NCBI GenBank assembly: GCA_050613775.1
Contig: JBODTK010000134.1
Span: 1-64,000 of the forward strand
DNA from: Neocallimastix sp. 'constans'
Taxonomy: Eukaryota
DNA: 64,000 bases
Reading direction: 5' to 3'
Under the pieces are notes generated by a model, which had not been told where the DNA came from, searched no databases, and saw nothing but the letters and a program-made list of their open reading frames with translations. The position numbers were made by a program, and so were the translations under genes. Below, in pieces: positions 12,031 through 27,459 of this stretch; within the stretch, counting starts at the first letter, position 1; the number at the start of each line of letters is the position of its first letter.

Positions 12031-13749
12031 AGTTCAAAAAAATAAAAAAATACAAAATACAAAATATAAATAAATTCCTTTTAAATATAATAATAAAATG
12101 ATAAAATGAAACAAAATGATAAATAATTAATGATTAAAGTTTATAAAATTATTCTTAAATTTATTTTTTTAAAAAAAAAAAATTTTTATTTCCCTTATTT
12201 GTGTAATCCAGTTGTGGAACGAAACTATATACAGTTTAAATTTTTTTTTTTTTTTTTTTTTTAAATTTTTAATTTATTTTGAATTTGATAATATAAATAA
12301 TAAAAAAATTTTTTCTCAATAACAATATATATAATTAAAATTTATCCCATAATCAATCTATAAAAGTATTAATTCTTTTTTTTTTTTTTTTTATACAAAA
12401 AATTTTGTATTACTATATATAAATTGATACAAATGAATATATGTCAATAATGATCATTCTTATTGAGGTCTTTTTGGGCACTCGAAAGTTAAACAATATA
12501 CTAAGCTGTTTATTTCTTATATATTAATTAAAAATAAATAACGAACAATAGATTAAGCTCATATGATTATGAAGATTTTAATTTATATTATTGTAGAATA
12601 AATAAAAATGAGTATAATTATTAAGAAAAATTAAATATATGAAATATCTACAAACAATTAGTTAAAAAAAAAAAAGAAGAAAAATAAAGCATAGATTCAA
12701 TTTATATAAAATATATACATAAATTTTTATATTAAATATGTTATTACCATATAAGTAATATTCAGTTATAAATTTAAGCATTTTTTTTTAAAAAAGTAAA
12801 AAATTAAAGTAGAAAATAACTTTCAAATAAATATATTTTCTTAAACAATTTTTACAATCTTAAATTATAAATAAGTTATTCATTTTATAACTTTATTAAT
12901 TATTATAAATATAAAGAGTAAGAAGATAATATCTTTTTTTTTTATTTCTATTTAATTAATGATTTAATTAAATAATATATATATATATATATTCCTCCTT
13001 TAAAGACTATATAAATATATAACAGAAACAATTTTTAATATGCATTATTCAACATAAAGTTAAAACTGAAAATTTGATTTACTATATACATATATATATA
13101 TTTTTAACTTAAAATTTTACTTATTCAGATATTTGAATGATATTTCTTTTAATATCTTATTTATTTTATTTTTTTGTATTATTATAAATTTTTATAAAAA
13201 TATAAATAAATAAATAAGTTTATATATATTTACTTATTTATAATTTTAAAATAATAAACATAAGATAAATTTAAATATTTATTTTTTAAAATATATAATT
13301 TTTAAGACAATAATATTTAAAAAAAAAAAAATTTATTAATAATTTAAAAAAAGATAAATAATATACAATATATATATATATATCAAAACATGTATAAATT
13401 GAAATTTTATTAATAAATATATCTCACAATTTAAACTTATTTCATAAAATAAACTTCCTTTTAAAAAAAAAAAATAAAATAAAAAAAAAAAGTACTATTA
13501 ATAATTATTTTTATTATCTATCAATTTATAAATATCTAATATTTCGTTATCAATTTATTATAATAAATTTAATTTGTTCTTCTGTCTAATATAATCTAAA
13601 GTAAATATAATATTAATTTCTTCAATATAAAAATATATTAATTTGTTATTTAATATTACTGATTTTTTTTTCATTTTTAATATTCATTAACGCTGGTAAT
13701 ATTCTTTTTTGCATAATTTCTTTTTGAACACCACAAAAATTTAATACCT

Positions 13750-15017
13750 GATTGTAAATCATATTCTACCATAATATTTCATAATTTCTTTAATAGCAAC
13801 ATATTGAATTGAATATTCCTCATAATTATCTTGATTCATTGTACATTCGTTCATAAATTCATTATAGTCACTATTACAAAAAAGTTAAAATTTTCTATTT
13901 CATCATATTTTTTAGCCCAATCGGCAATTTCCCCCAGAATATTTTACTTCTTTTTGTATCCCTTATAATATTCAGGTTCTGATCTTAATAGATTACAAAA
14001 TAATTCACAAGCTTTATTAAATATAAGATCCTTAACATAAACATTTTAAGACTTTCTAAAAATTTAACTATTAATTATTTGACTCTGATAGACCTCATAG
14101 TCGTATCTGTTATTTTGATGAAAAAAATATTTAATTGATAAGATTTATTGAAAACTTCAATAAATATATCAATTTAATGAACTCGACCTTTTGTTCCCAA
14201 TTTATTAGATCTCATGAAAACTTATAACTTAAATCATTAGTAACAGCATTTCTAATTTCAAAAAATATTTCTAATAAAATTAATTTTAAAGGATCTTCTT
14301 CTTTGTTAAATTTAAGTATATCTTTATATTTTTCTTTTATATCAGAAGAAAACAACATTATTAATTCTAAAAAAGTATTAGCCCAACAAGACGATCAAGC
14401 TTTTCTAGCATCAGAAATCATAGTTAGACAACCTAATACAGACATGACTTCTATAGGTTTATCTTTTAAAATTTTAGAAGTAATACTAATTCTTTTTAAC
14501 ATTTTTTAATATTTTTTTTTGCTATGATTTTCATCTTGTAATGATGCCGTTACTTTTATATTTTTTTTAAGTTATATTCATTATATCATGAATATAATTT
14601 TTAATTTGAATCATATTGATTCGATTTTCTTTAAGATACTCTATTACTTTTTGATTATCTGATATTTTATTGGCTATATCATTGAAATTATTATTAATTT
14701 AATCATCAAATCAGCGGTTTATAACATCATCTACCTGATTCAAAATATTAATATCAAGAAATCATAAAGCTTCATCATTTAATAATATATTATTATTGAA
14801 AGCTTTAAACAATGAAGTATTGAATACTTTTAATTTGATCTGTTTTACTCTCAATTGTCTTAATTTAACTTTGTTTTTTTAACTATTCAAGGACGTCTAG
14901 CCATAAATTTAATACCTCAAATTCATTTAAGTTTCCCGAAAGTGTAGTGGCTTAGATAAAATCTTTATTTTCATCCAATTCTTTTGATATAAAGTCATAT
15001 ATTTCTGTATTACTCAT
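13750..15017 (-). pseudogene. Decayed, apparently intronless ~400-codon ORF of unknown family
   Basis: Reads as MSNTEIYDFISKELDENKDFI*ATTLSGNLNEFEVLNLWLDVLE*.. and KMLKRISITSKILKDKPIEVMSVLGCLTMISDARKA*SSCWANTFLELIMLF..EDPLKLILLEIFFEIRNAV..VKDLIFNKACELFCNLLRSEPEYY..NILGEIADWAKKYDE. It has coding-like composition with scattered stops and frameshifts. Confidence 0.6.
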
Positions 15018-16672
15018 ACTCTGTTGAATAATTGAATAATATTATAAAAAATTGTATATATTATATATATATATATACACATCATATCTTATATTGACTC
15101 CTTAACAATATATATATATATACTTTATTAATAAAATCCTATCTATATCAATTTATAAAAATTATAATGACAAAATAATATTTTTCTTTGTGTAGTTTTA
15201 AAAAAATTTTTTTTCCTTTTTTTTTATTATCAAACAATTTAACAAAATCAAAATAAATAAATAATTTTTTAAAATTTAAAATCATTAAAAATTTTATATT
15301 AATACTAAATAAATATTTCATTAATATTATTAAAATATGTATTTATTATTGAATAAATCAATTGGATAATAAATATATATATATATTTTTTAGAACTTTT
15401 TACATAAAATTAGAGAAATTTAAGAGAAATTCATTTTAAGTATAAACTTTGTTATCTTTGACCCATAATAAAATAAATTCAAGACTGAACCTACATAGTA
15501 ATAAATATAAATTTTCATGAAAATTGACACTACATTTTAATAAATTTAAACCACTTCTTGAAATATTCTGAACATAAAAGAAGTTTTCAAAGAAAGTAAA
15601 TTTAATATCATTATTTTTATTAATAAAAAAAAAACTTAACAAAAGATGTTATGAGTAATGAATATATCAAGTAGTTATTTTTTGAATTATTATTATTTTC
15701 ACCTTTTTATAGATACTATATTATTTTAATATATTTTATATTAATAAAGAAAGTAAATAATTTATAATAATATAATTAATAATTTTAATAATGATAAAAA
15801 TAAAAGAGATTAAAAATTTTGTTTCCATATTTTTTTAGATTAAGAGAAAATCAAGTAATTTTCAATAAATTATTGCATATTTGAATAGTTAATTGAAATC
15901 TTAAAATTAATTACATTTGTCTAATGAGTGATTTAAGAATTTTATAATGAATAATTATGAATATAATAATTTAAAATGAATATAAAAATTATTTCATTAA
16001 TTAATTTCTACTATTAATATAATTTATATTATTAAATGATTTCTAAAGAAAAATCTTAAATTGAAATTACGAATAAGAAAATATAAAATTGAGATACGAA
16101 AGTCATATATTAATATAATGTTTATGAAGGTTTAACTTAAAAGTAAAATTAAATGATAAATTTTTTAAACATTAAATTATTAAGAACATATATAATGATT
16201 TAAAAATAATGAATTATTTATTTTAATATAATTTTATTATTTTTTTACATTTGTTCTTCAAAAAGTATATATATATATATATATATATATTATATCAATA
16301 TTATATCATATAAAAATTAACAATTTTTTTAATTATAATCTTTATGATTATTATTTCAATTGATTTTTTAATTTACAAAGCATATTTATTTATATTTATT
16401 TATATTAATATATCAAATATTAATGGAAAATATATAATAAATTTAAATATTACAGTTCATAAAAAAAAATTTTTTAATTGCCTATTTTGTTTATAATATA
16501 TATTTACCTATCAATAATATATAACCATCAAGATTATATATTATAATATTTTTTTTTTTTGTAATTATTATATTTATTTAATTTTATTATAGCTTTTATA
16601 TGTTTTATTTTAAATTTTTTTTCTTTTTTTTTTTTTTTTTTATAATAAAATAATATTTAATTTTTATTTCTT

Positions 16673-17710
16673 TTATTGATAGGCCTTTAATCCAAGACAT
16701 TGTTCCATGGTAACTGGAGTATAACCATTAGCAATCATAGTATCAATTTCTGCTCTGGCTAATGCTAAAATACCATCCTTGGTAGCTCCTCCATATTTTA
16801 AGTGATTTAAGGTAATAATTGGTTGTCCCTTAGCTTGATTAATAACTTGTTTAGCATAGTTAATATTACCACCATTACTATAATCCATTGGATCAACATT
16901 CCAGTTAATAGCTGCTGTGTAACCAGCAGCTTGAAGAGCATTCTTAACATTTTGATTGCCATTACCAGATCCATATGGAGGACGCATAAAGGCTGGCTTC
17001 TTACCAATGGCAGTGTAAACAGCATTAGTAATTTTATTCATATCATCAACAATTTGTTGATAGGAGAGGGTAGTTAAATCCTTGTGACTGTAAGTATGCG
17101 TACCAACAATATGTCCTTCATCACTCATTCTCTTAACAATTCTTTTCCATTCAGCACTGTTACTATTCATGTACATTTGACCAAGAACAAAGAAAGTAGC
17201 TTTTATGTTCTTTTGTTTTAAAAGATCCAAAATAGCATCAGCAAATTCAGTTGGTCCATCATCATAAGTCATAGCCCAATGCTTAGAATTCTTACATTTA
17301 GTATAGAACTGTAAGCCAGAACCCTTTGGATAACTTGAATTATTATTGTTATTGTTATTGTTATTATTATTGTTATTATTATTGTTATTATTATTATTAT
17401 TAGAGGCAGCGTTAGAGGATGAACCTGGTTTACATTGAGAATACCAGTCATTTTGCTTAACACAAGTGTATCCAGATACACAGCAATTACTTCCTTGGAA
17501 TCCGTTACTAATTATTTTAATAGTGAATTATAAAAAAATATTATTATTTATATATTAATTTTTAATTTTTTCTTATATAAACTTTTTAACATCTAATGTA
17601 TTATTATTATTAATTTACCCTCCACATTGAGCGTAGGCACCACCACAGGCAGCGTCAGCTAATTTAAATAAACTTAAGATAGCAAAACCAATAAAAAGGA
17701 AAGATTTCAT
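16673..17710 (-). CDS. Secreted CBM1 + CE4 (NodB-type) polysaccharide deacetylase, copy A (308 aa, 2 exons)
   Basis: Exons 17710-17619 and 17507-16673, joined in frame by a GT-AG intron. Signal peptide MKSFLFIGFAILSLFKLADA, CBM1 [35 protein letters not shown], poly-Asn linker. CE4 motifs TYDDGP, HTYSH, RPPYG, DPMDY and LNH are present. Confidence 0.95.
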
Positions 17711-20548
17711 TTTGAAATAGTTCTAAAAATATATGTAAACGAATGAAATAAAAAAAAATATCAATTATATGAATATTTTAAAAAAAAATAAAAAAAAAAT
17801 TATATTTAACTATATTAACAACTACCTGTTGTTGTTTATTTAAATATAATGATTCTATTTAATATTATAATAATTACAATAATTATAATAATTGTTTATA
17901 CAATTATTTCTAAATTTATAATTTTTGATTAAATTATAAATATATATAATGAAAAAAAAAAAAAAGAAAATTTAAAGGAATTTATATCTTTTTTTTTTTT
18001 ACTATAAAGGACGGCTTTATTAAATATCTATTAATAGTTTATATTATTTTTTTTATTTCAAATAAAAGAAAATAATTATTTAAATTTTAATTAATTGTAC
18101 AATAGATGTATCTAAGAAGTTTATCTTATTAAAAAAATTTTTTTATATATGTAAAATTAAAAAAAAAAGTATGTGTAATTCATAATAAATTAAAATTAAG
18201 TATAGTTTGAGATAAGAAATTGAAAGTTAGCTTTTATAATAATAATTTATTTATATTAAATTTGATCAAATGTTTAATCTATAAATATAAATTTAGTTAT
18301 TATTCAAAAAATTTTAATTTTATCTTAACTAATCATTGTGTAACAGTTATTATTCATTTTATTATATTTTATTATTCTTTTTTTTTTTTCCTTTGTTAGA
18401 TTTTGAATTGAAATAATGTATACTATAAATTTATTATTATTAATAAAAAAGACTTATTATTTTATTAGCATAAAAAATTTTAACAAATAAACTTATTATA
18501 AAAGCCGTTCTTAATTGAAATCATTCAAAGAAATTAAAATATAAATTAATTCAAATTAATAAATAAAAATAAAATTAATTAGTAATAAAATAAATTTTGA
18601 AAATAGAAGTAAATAAAAGCTTTATACAAATTTAATAGATAATTTTATTATATTGATATGAATAATTGTATCCCCCTAACAAGTTATATAAAAACAATAC
18701 GAAAAAATAAAAAATAAGGAATAATCAGTTTAATTAAAAATGAAAAGAAATATTTTATTAAAATTATATATAATCATTTTATTTCATATTATAAATTTTA
18801 TATAATAATATTTCTTGTTTAATTTAAAACTTAATTATTTATTAATAAAAATTTCCCTAAATAAAAAATATAGTTTAAATTTGATAAAGGTAATGTAACC
18901 TATTATAATTATTTTTTATTTTAATTTTTTTTTCTATAAAATAAAAAGGATAATTTATAGCAATTTTTATATATTAATAAAATTATTAATTATTAACTTT
19001 TTATTAATGTAGTAAAATTTTATTTAAATATATATCTACTCTTTTAATTTATTAAAGAAATTTATTAATAAGAAATTTAAAATAAAAGCTTTATTTAAAG
19101 TTATATATTTATAATTAGATATGAAATTAAGGATTCTAATAATGAATACATATGTAAATCATTAAAAGTAAAATTTAAAATGAAACAAATAATATATTAA
19201 TATATCTCAATTTTTTTTTCCTTTTTTTTTTTTTTTTTTTTTTATTGTTTATTATATAAAAAAACTATTATTTAAAAGAAAATTTTTTTAATATATATTT
19301 TTATCACTTTAAAACATGTGTCATAATTATTAATAAATATTATATCTATTTTCATAATATATAAACTTTTCGAACTTTTATAAATCATTATACTTAAATT
19401 TTATAGAGATAAAAAATTATATGAATATCATTTTAGATATTTATTCAATTATTACTATTATATAACTTTTTGGTTATATTTTTAACATATAAAAAAATAA
19501 TCGAAATGAATTTAATTAACAAAAGTATTTATTTTTTAATTTATTTTTTCTTATATTTAATATAAATAAGATAATAAAACTTTAAAAATAATAATCATTA
19601 TTTATTAATAGAAATCTATCAATATTGTTTAAAACAATTATTAATATTAGTATTAATACAATTTTTTTACTATTATTTTATAAAAATTTAAAAATACTAA
19701 ATATTTTTATTTTAAAATAGTCATAGTATATATTATATTTTTTTCATTATTTTTTATATTATAAATACTTTTTATTTTATAAGATATATGTATAATAAAA
19801 TATTATTAAAAAGCAATAAAATAATAAATTTAAAAATAAATATGTTTCTACTTGTTATTTTATATTTAAAAAATATATATATATATTATATGTATATATA
19901 TAATTATTCCTTTAATAATTATTAATTTATAAATATTTTAATTAATAATAAATTAAAAAATATATTTGTTTCAAGAATTATGGCGATATAATAAAGCAAT
20001 AATAAATAAAGTTTATGTTATTATTTATTATTTATTTAGATTTCCTTAACATAAAATTTTATTAAATAATTATTTATCTTTTTTTTAATACAAAAATAAT
20101 ATTCCCTAAATTAAAGTTTAAAAAATTTGTTAATAATTAGATTATATAAATAATAATTTTGTGATACAATAATACTAGAAAAAGAAATTTTTTAAAATAA
20201 ATTATATATATTATTATGTCATATATAAAATAATAAATAATTCAAAATATATATATATATAAAATAAAAAAATATTTAAATAAAAATAATAAGAGTACTA
20301 ATTAACATCAATACATTAAATATAATTTTATAATTTTGTACAAATGATATTATTAAAATAAAAATAAGATATTTTTTGAATTTATTTATTTTTTTTTTTT
20401 GAGAGAGAAAGAGTAGAAAGTTCCTTATTGTATAATAAATTATGTTTCGTTTTTTTTCCTTTTTTTGTTTATACTTTTTATCTTTTTGTACAACATTTTT
20501 AATTACTTTATTTTTAATTCCTTTATTTTTATATATAATTTATTCAAT

Positions 20549-20586
<38 letters not shown>

Positions 20587-21689
20587 TTTAATTATTTAAG
20601 CTTTTACTATGTTAATAAAAAAAATTATAAATTAAATATATATATTCCATTTTTAATTTTTCTTAAATAACCATGGAAATATTTAAAAATAATGCATCAG
20701 AAAATCATTATAAAAATATTTTAAAATACAATTTATAACATAACATAATTAAACAAAACGAAACAAAAATAATAAAAAGTATGTAAATAATTATGTCTTG
20801 AAAACATTTCTATATTTTAATACTATTAATATATATATAATATGATTAAAATAATTTATAATTATTCAAAATATTTTTAGACTATTTTAGTATTATATCC
20901 AAATAATTTGATATAAAAATTATTATTATTTAATAATGAAAATATAAAAAAAGTTAAAATGAATAAATAAATAAAAATTATTTTGTTAATATTTATATTT
21001 TAATATATATCTTGGCAATAATGATAAAATAATTAAAATAAAAATTTATTAAATATAAATTGTAATTTTTATATATAATTACATAAAAATATATTTATGA
21101 AATACATTGTTATATATATGAATGCAATATTAATTAAAATAATTATATTTTATCTTACCATTTTTAAGGTTACATTTATACATATTTGTTATTATTACAA
21201 TAAATACTCATTATAAATATTAACTAAAAGTTTTATAAATATCTTATAGATATGTTACTACTTTTCTTGATTATTTTATTTTTTTAATTTGTTATTTTGT
21301 TTTTATTTAATATGTTTATCTTTAATTGTAATTGTTATATCTTTTAAAAATTTTGGTTTAAAAGATATACTAATAATCATTTATGTTTTATAAAATCGTA
21401 CGAATATTATATTAATAACTATATATAAAAAAAAATTAATAATAATAATATTGAATATTATAATAATAAAAGTTAAACTTTAAATTTTAAGAAAATATAT
21501 TATAATTTGAAATTAATTTTTTTAAATTTACTAATAATTCAGTATATACATTAATATTATTATTATATTAAATATTAATTTGGAGAATTATTTATTTTAA
21601 AGTAAATATTATACAAATTAACCAAATTATATATATATATATATATATATTTATTTATTTAATAACAAATAGAAAAAAAAATATTTCTT

Positions 21690-21869
21690 TTATTGATAAA
21701 AAGACATTGTTCAATACTAATTGGTATATAACCATTAGCAATCATGGTTTCAATTTCAGCTCTATCTAAAGTAAAGATACCATCCATAATAACTCCTCCA
21801 TACTTCAATTGATTTAAAAGTAATGATGTAAGGACTGATTATCCCTTAACCTGATTGATAACTTGCTTA
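21690..21869 (-). pseudogene. Second 3' fragment pseudogene of the CBM1-CE4 deacetylase
   Basis: Matches the gene 3' end: ATTTCTTTTATTGATA (stop codon context), AAGACATTGTTC, TATAACCATTAGCAATCAT, CTCCTCCATACTT and ATAACTTGCTTA. It has indels. Confidence 0.85.
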
Positions 21870-22522
21870 AACAGAACTCTCTGGATAATTAAAAGTTATT
21901 ATTATATCTTTGTTATATTTATTAGATTGGGTAATAATTAAATCTTAAATGAATTTTATAAATATATATTAAAAAATTAAATTATAAATAAAAATTATTT
22001 ACTTCATATATATAAAAAAAAGAAATAATAGCAATAATAATTATCTAATAATAAAATAATAAAATTAATAAAATCTTAATAACTAAATTTTTATATAAAA
22101 TACTAAATAAATGGTATATTTTAATTTTTAATTTTAAAATTTTCTTTTATTAAAGTTTATTATTTTTTATTGTTTGAATTATGAACATTTCAATTTATAT
22201 ATATATTTTGATTAATATATCAAATATTATAGTAAAATATAATTTAGTTATATTTATAACGCAATATAAAACATTTGTATATCTATTTCGAATATTTACT
22301 TATATAGTATATTCTTCAATTATTATCATATTTATATATATAATCGTCAAGATCATATATATATTTATATATTATTTTATTTTTTATTTTTCTTTTTATT
22401 TTTTTTATTTTTAATTTTTTTTGATTATATATATTTACTTTTTATTATTGATTTTATTATTAATAAAAATAAAATTCATTATATTAAAAAGAAATATAAA
22501 AGAAATATAAATTTTATTTCTT

Positions 22523-23534
22523 TTATTGATAGGCCTTTAATCCAAGACATTGTTCCATGGTAACTGGAGTATAACCATTAGCAATCATAGTATCAATTTC
22601 TGCTCTGGCTAATGCTAAAATACCATCCTTGGTAGCTCCTCCATACTTTAAGTGATTTAAAGTAATGATTGGTTGTCCCTTAGCTTGATTAATAACTTGT
22701 TTAGCATAGTTAATATTACCACCATTACTATAATCCATTGGATCAACATTCCAGTTAATAGCTGCTGTGTAACCAGCAGCTTGAAGAGCATTCTTAACAT
22801 TTTGATTGCCATTACCAGATCCATATGGAGGACGCATAAAGGCTGGCTTCTTACCAATGGCAGTGTAAACAGCATTAGTAATTTTATTCATATCATCAAC
22901 AATTTGTTGATAGGAGAGGGTAGTTAAATCCTTGTGACTGTAAGTATGCGTACCAACAATATGTCCTTCATTATTCATTCTCTTAACAATTCTTTTCCAT
23001 TCAGCACTGTTACTATTCATGTACATTTGACCAAGAACAAAGAAAGTAGCTTTTATGTTCTTTTGTTTTAAAAGATCCAAAATAGCATCAGCAAATTCAG
23101 TTGGTCCATCATCATAAGTCATAGCCCAATGCTTAGAATTCTTACATTTAGTATAGAACTGTAAGCCAGAACCCTTTGGATAACTTGAATTATTATTGTT
23201 ATTGTTATTGTTATTATTATTATTATTTTTGTTATTATTGTTAGAGCCAGTGTTAGAGGATGAACCTGGTTTACATTGAGAATACCAGTCACTTTGTTTA
23301 ACACAAGTGTATCCAGACACACAGCAATTACTTCCTTTGAATCCATTACTATAAATTAATTATTATATTATATAAATTTAGATAAAAATTTTTTAATTCA
23401 TTATACATCAAACAAATATCGTGTATTATTATAATTAATTACCCTCCACATTGAGCGTAGGCACCACCGCAGGCAGCATCGGCTAATTTAAATAAACTTA
23501 AAATACCAAAACCAATAAGAAGAAAAGATTTCAT
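22523..23534 (-). CDS. Secreted CBM1 + CE4 polysaccharide deacetylase, copy B (305 aa, 2 exons)
   Basis: Exons 23534-23443 and 23348-22523, in frame. It has the same architecture and CE4 motifs as copy A, and the catalytic domains differ by only 2 aa (SD vs NN). Confidence 0.95.
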
Positions 23535-25072
23535 TTTGAAATACCTTTAAAATAATTATAAAAATATAATAAAATATTTTAATCATTAATTATATGAGCA
23601 TTTTTATCTATCAACGTTTAACCATTTTTAAACATCATAAATTACCTGTTGTTTATTTAAATTTTTTAATAAAAATTTTTATTTTTATGTTATAATTAAC
23701 AATAATCACAATAATTGTAAATACAATTATTTATGAATTTATTATTTATAAATCAATTATAAATATATTATTAAAATTTATAAAAAAAAAAAAAAAAAAA
23801 AAAGAAAGAAAGAAAAGAAATAAAGAAATTTTAAATGAATTTATATATCAATATTTTTCGCAAATGATAATTTCATTAATATATATTTTTTATATCTATA
23901 TAATTTATTGAAGTTTTTTAATAAATTTTATAAAATTTTTTATTTTTATCTAATATATAGAAATAAAATAAATTTTATATATTTATATTATTAAATTTTT
24001 AACAATAAATTGTATTATATTTATCTTTCATTATTAGTAAAGCTATATAAATTTCATTAACTTAATTCTTTAATATAAAATAATACTATTTTATTCCAAC
24101 AATTGAAATAGTATAGAATGTAGGAATGAAAAATAAGAAAAAAAAATTTAAAATTATTTTTTTAAAATGATTATAATTATAAAAAGTCATCTTTATATTA
24201 AATTTGATCAACTGTTAAATCTCTAATTTATGAATTTTTTTCATACTTACCGCTTTTAATATTAATATTAATATTATAATAATATTATTATTAAAGTTCC
24301 TTTTTTTCCATTGTAATTTTAATTTAATTAGAAAAATGTACTACATTATTCAAATATTAAAATTAAACTTTTATTTATTTATTTATTGAGTATTATTTTT
24401 AAAGTTAGTGATAAAATTAGAACAATAAATTAAAATATATAATATATAAAGTTTATTATGAAACCATTCTTTTTAACGGGAAAATTAACAAATTTACAAA
24501 TTAAATTTTTTATATTTATAATAAATAAGATTTAAAATTCAACAAAAATAAATGAAATTTTAATATAACTATTTTAAACTTTAATTAACAATTTAATGAG
24601 TAATAATTTCTCCCAAATGATTTATATATATATAAAATAATAAAATTGAAAATAATAGTAAATTTATTGTTATAAAAAATGGAATATTTATTAAATTAGA
24701 ATTAAACTCTATTATCTAAAAATATAAAAGTCCCAATAATTTAATAAAATAAAATAAGATATATTTATTTAGTGTATATTTATTTAGTGTATATTTATTT
24801 AGAATACTATTTTTTTAAATATTATATTTTTAACTTTTGTGAAATACTTTATATATAAAATTTAGCATTGAAACAAAATAATATATATATATATTACCAT
24901 TTCAGTACTTGAACATATTAAAATGTATATTATATCAATTAGAATTATTGAGACTTTAATTTTAAATTTATAATCTCTGATAATAATAAAAAAATTAATT
25001 ACTATAAAATCATAAATTAAATTTAAAAATGTAATAAATGATATATTAAAAAGTTTTTATATTTATTAATAT

Positions 25073-25111
<39 letters not shown>

Positions 25112-25419
25112 TAGTTTATATTATGTGATTGCTTATTTAAAAGCAAAAAATACAAATAAAATCAAAAACAAAAAACGATAAAAAAATTTTAAAATTTTAA
25201 ACTATGAACTTTTTTTTTTATTTCATATAAATGATCTTTATTGATAAATATTCTTTACTGCTACATATTATGTAAATTTTTGGAGCAATATAATCTATTA
25301 AATCTCTGCCAATAATCTCTTGTAATAATTAAAGTTTATTTTAATTATCATTTATATTGTTTTTTTTTTAAAAAATATAATAATAATAATAATGATACTT
25401 TCTTTTTTATTGTTGTTAC

Positions 25420-25798
<379 letters not shown>

Positions 25799-26184
25799 TC
25801 ATTTTTTTTAAAAAAAAACAATATAAATAATAATTAAAATAAAATTTAATTATTGACTTTACATAATTTTAAAATGTAATTTTAATTTAGAAATTTAGAT
25901 GTTTCGATATTTATATAAAATATTTTCATTATTACAAATTATAATAGAATTATAAAAATTAAAACATACGAATATTTTAAATTATAATATTTACAAAAGC
26001 ATCAAAAATATTAAATTTGGTGTGATTTTTAAAAGTTTTATTCTTTTTATCCTTTCTTATTTTATATATAAAATATGCCTATATTATAATTTAATAATTA
26101 AACATTTGAAGACTTTAGAGACATTAAAGACTCGAAATATTTCGACTAAATTTATGGTTTCATTGTTTTTATTTATTTATTTTT

Positions 26185-26272
<88 letters not shown>

Positions 26273-27459
26273 ATATAAATAAAATATTTTCTATATATAT
26301 ATATAAATTTCTGAATATAAATGATATGTTTTAACAAATATGCATTAGATTATATTATGTAATTTAACTATGAAAAAAAAGCTTAATATTTTAATTAAAT
26401 ATTCATATGATTATATAATATGTGAAATATTTAGAATTTCATTTAAAAAGATATCATCTATTTAATATAGTGACAATTATATTTATTTATCATCCTGGAT
26501 AATATGCATATTTATATTATGTATTTGATATTAATTTCTTATTATTTTCATAACATTAAACATAATCATGGGAAAAATTAAGTAATATTTATTTATAAAA
26601 TAAATTAATATTATTTAATTGTTAATTTTGAATAATTCAATATATATATATATAATATTAATAATAACAATAAAAACTTTTTAATTCTTGTTAGTAAAAA
26701 TTTATTCATATAATGATACTATTGTATATTCCTTTTTAGTCTATCAGAGTCATTTATAATTTTAATTTTTTTTCAGAAAATATTGGAATTAAAAATATAA
26801 CAAAGCTACAAAGTTATATTAATATTTAATTTATTTATTATTTATTTATTTTTTATTTAAAAATTTGAATAAAAAATAATATAACATATTAGTTATTTAT
26901 TATTGATTTCAACATATTAATTATTTATTAATACTGATGCCTTTTTTTTAAACAAAATATATATATATATATATATATATTTCTGTCATTTGATGAGAAC
27001 TAAATTTCAATATATAAACTTTTCATTTTTTATTGTTTATTTTTTATAGTATTTTGTCTTTATTCTGGAGCTTATATTAATAGATGAACAACATAGGGTT
27101 TTGATGCTAAAACTATGCTAAAAACTTTACCATTTGCATCAAAAATAAAAACAAAAAACAAAATAAAATAAAAAATAAAAATAAAAATAGAAATAAAATA
27201 AAAAATAATAAACAAATATATGCATAGTTTTAGCATAATCATTGCATAAAAACACTTATATTAGCAATATATGCATATGTTTATCAATATCGTCATCATT
27301 CTGGAACTTTAATAACAATAATGGCTGCATATATTGCTAATATTAACCTCAAAACCATATAGTTCATATACAGCCACAACAGCTATATTTCAATTAAATA
27401 ACAGGTTTTATGGCTTATTGAACATTCAAAATATATATGGTTTATATAAATATATATTA

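Noticed and set aside
14303..14509. 68-aa plus-strand ORF
   Set aside because: Antisense to the decayed minus-strand ORF; TTG start and no recognisable motif.
6740..15017. Alternative genetic code (TGA=Trp) suggested by TGA at expected Trp positions in relics
   Set aside because: Intact genes use TGG for Trp and SSNA1 ends in TGA. The relics also contain TAA/TAG stops and frameshifts, so this is mutational decay.
16807..17481. Small overlapping ORFs (16807-17025, 16823-17077, 17269-17481 and their counterparts at 22657-23346)
   Set aside because: Alternative-frame or antisense shadows of the CE4 genes.
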